In this document: positions 62,284 through 64,000 of the stretch, piece by piece
Numbering within the stretch: position 1 is the stretch's first letter
Layout of the letters: every line of letters begins with the position of its first letter
Virus record (IMG/VR): IMGVR_UViG_3300044730_002015
Location: 1 to 64,000 of that record
Reading direction: 5' to 3' (one strand)
DNA from: a virus
DNA: 64,000 nt
Program-made: the position numbers and the translations under genes
Notes under the pieces: generated by a model
The model's input: the letters and a program-made list of their open reading frames with translations, nothing else
Databases searched by the model: none
What the model was told of the DNA's origin: nothing

Positions 62284-64000
62284 TTAAATAACATTGGAGC
62301 CGTTGACAAACCAAGTGTCAGTGGCAACCTTGACCAAGGTGGCAAAACCATACCAGGCCAAAGTTCTATTGCCTGTTGTGGCATTGCCTGCTAGATACAG
62401 TGTTACACCGGCGTTGGCCCCGATAGTACAGTTGGCTCCACTTTGATTGATTAATGTTACAGCGGCACCAATGGGCAACGGCACAGAACTATTGGCTGGA
62501 ATATTTATTGTGACGCCACCTGAGGCAGTATAATAGTGTTCGCCCAGATCCGCCAACGCGATAGTGGGTGTGCCAGTCCAGGAAATCTGTGGAATATCCC
62601 TGTAACCTGCTACGATATTACCCGGCAAATATAGTTGGCCGTCGGAAGCAAAATTCCACCGATTGGATCCAGTTTGTATGGTAGTGTTGGCATTGGCCCC
62701 TACAATGGTACCGCTGGCCGAGTTGATGTTTAGATTGCCGGCCTGATCAAAAGTCCAGGTATAGGCACCAGTTTTGATAGTGGTGTTGCTGGCACTGCCT
62801 ACGAAATTGCCAGCAGCCACATTTGCGGAACTGGTTATATTGGCAGTGGTCAAAATTGTGACAGCGGCATTTGATGCAAGATAATCGGCCACATTGGAAT
62901 TGCCATATGAGCCACCACCGCCTGCGATACCAGTCAAGAATGCGCCATTACCAATAAAATAATTACCTGCAACGTTGGCAGTGGTAGTGATGTTTGCAGT
63001 GGTCAGTACAGTGACAGCAGCATTTGAGGCTAGATAGGTGGCTACATTGGAATTGCCATATAATGAAACCTGTGTGCCGTTGGCATAGTTTACAGCAAAG
63101 GTATTGCCAGGCAATGTCAAATTGCCAGTGTTGTCAAAATTCCAAGTATATGTGCCTGCTATCAAACCCACGTTGGGATCTGATCCTGCTGCTCCTATGA
63201 AGTTATTGGCAGTTATGTTGGCCGACGTAGTGATATTGCCAGTGGTCAGTATGGTTACAGCAGCATTTGAGGCAAGATAGTTGGCAACATCTGCGTTGCT
63301 GTATGAGCCACCACTACCACCCAATGATACCTGTGTGCCGTTAGCGTAGTTGACTGCAAAAGTGTTTCCGGGCAGTGTGAAGTTTCCAGTGTTGCCAAAA
63401 GTCCAGTTATAGACTCCAGTCCTGATAGTGGTATTGCTGGCACTACCGCCTACGAAATTAGCAGCACTGATATTGGCACTGCTGGTGATGTTGCCTGTGA
63501 CATTTAAACTGGTGCCTGTGGCAGCACCAATGTTGGGTGTGACCAGATTGGCACCGGCCTTGACCGAGATGTTGCCACCGCCGTCAAACGCCGTGGTGTT
63601 GTTGTCTACCTTGGCAGAAATAGTGGTAGTGGCAAGACTGATACCTGCGGCGGTGTTGGCCGAATATACCTGGCTTTGGCTGAACACAGCAAACTGTATG
63701 TTGCTGGTGCCAAAAACTATGGCAGTATTTGGCGCATCAACAATAAAGGCCGAGCCTTTGTTGACATTGCCGCCGGTGGTGTAGAAGTAGTCGTTGATGC
63801 CCAAGGCATCTACATTGGCCAAACCAGCGGTGTTTTCTGTGGAAGCCCTGGTGATAGCTGTGGCGTTGGACCACACATACACGCCATTGTGTGCGCCATT
63901 GGCTTCGTTCTTGACCAAGATACGAGTGTTGGCTGTCTGTACATTGGCTGTGTCAATGAGATTGAAACTACCAGTGGTGGTCAGCGTGGCACCTATACCG
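62284..64000 (-). CDS. tail fibre protein, start lies outside the window
   Basis: RILVKNEA...NGVY module; internal repeats YxNxxVAxYLASNAAVT (x3) and WxFxNTGNxTLPGNTFAVNYANGTQVSL (x2); conserved TLVKVATDTWFVNG terminus. Confidence 0.8.
   Translation of the reverse strand, partial: GIGATLTTTGSFNLIDTANVQTANTRILVKNEANGAHNGVYVWSNATAITRASTENTAGLANVDALGINDYFYTTGGNVNKGSAFIVDAPNTAIVFGTSNIQFAVFSQSQVYSANTAAGISLATTTISAKVDNNTTAFDGGGNISVKAGANLVTPNIGAATGTSLNVTGNITSSANISAANFVGGSASNTTIRTGVYNWTFGNTGNFTLPGNTFAVNYANGTQVSLGGSGGSYSNADVANYLASNAAVTILTTGNITTSANITANNFIGAAGSDPNVGLIAGTYTWNFDNTGNLTLPGNTFAVNYANGTQVSLYGNSNVATYLASNAAVTVLTTANITTTANVAGNYFIGNGAFLTGIAGGGGSYGNSNVADYLASNAAVTILTTANITSSANVAAGNFVGSASNTTIKTGAYTWTFDQAGNLNINSASGTIVGANANTTIQTGSNRWNFASDGQLYLPGNIVAGYRDIPQISWTGTPTIALADLGEHYYTASGGVTINIPANSSVPLPIGAAVTLINQSGANCTIGANAGVTLYLAGNATTGNRTLAWYGFATLVKVATDTWFVNGSNVI

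Noticed and set aside
1-64000. Alternative genetic code (stop-codon reassignment)
   Set aside because: Long genes are intact in code 11, and TAA, TGA and TAG all end genes at sensible, coupled positions

Overview
This window is a 64-kb piece of a large, T4-like (myovirus-type) dsDNA phage genome. Genes are densely packed in the standard genetic code, and nearly all lie on the minus strand. The pstS, clpA, def and desaturase genes point to a Gram-negative, probably aquatic proteobacterial host (inference). In window order it contains: (1) a 7-deazaguanine DNA-modification module (QueD-like, DpdA/TGT-like); (2) a sliding clamp, a family-B DNA polymerase and a secreted SNase; (3) an ~14-kb block of modular proteins whose N-termini resemble the T4 internal-protein capsid-targeting sequence and which carry internal [VIL]-x-E sites like T4 prohead-protease cleavage sites. 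Their domains include GNAT, Pol-beta nucleotidyltransferase, zincin, amidoligase, RyR-like, HIGH-NTase and KxDG ligase-like; Dps lies in the same block. (4) Host-like proteostasis and metabolic genes: ClpA, PDF, DnaJ, GroES, a fatty-acid desaturase, PstS with a Pho box, PhoH and MazG; (5) dispersed lysis genes, a clamp loader and a stand-alone DnaE fragment; (6) an APS-kinase/ATP-sulfurylase-like fusion, a sulfotransferase and three glycosyltransferases directly behind a 1764-aa Cys-rich repeat fibre, followed by further Asn-rich fibres and Gly-rich paralogues. The leading candidates for an undescribed system are the capsid-packaged, protease-processed polyprotein cargo and a self-sufficient PAPS/sulfation-glycosylation cassette that may decorate the virion. 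Also notable are a three-hairpin RNA upstream of the desaturase and apparently leaderless TAAATA-driven late genes. All family calls come from motif recognition by eye; no database search was run.
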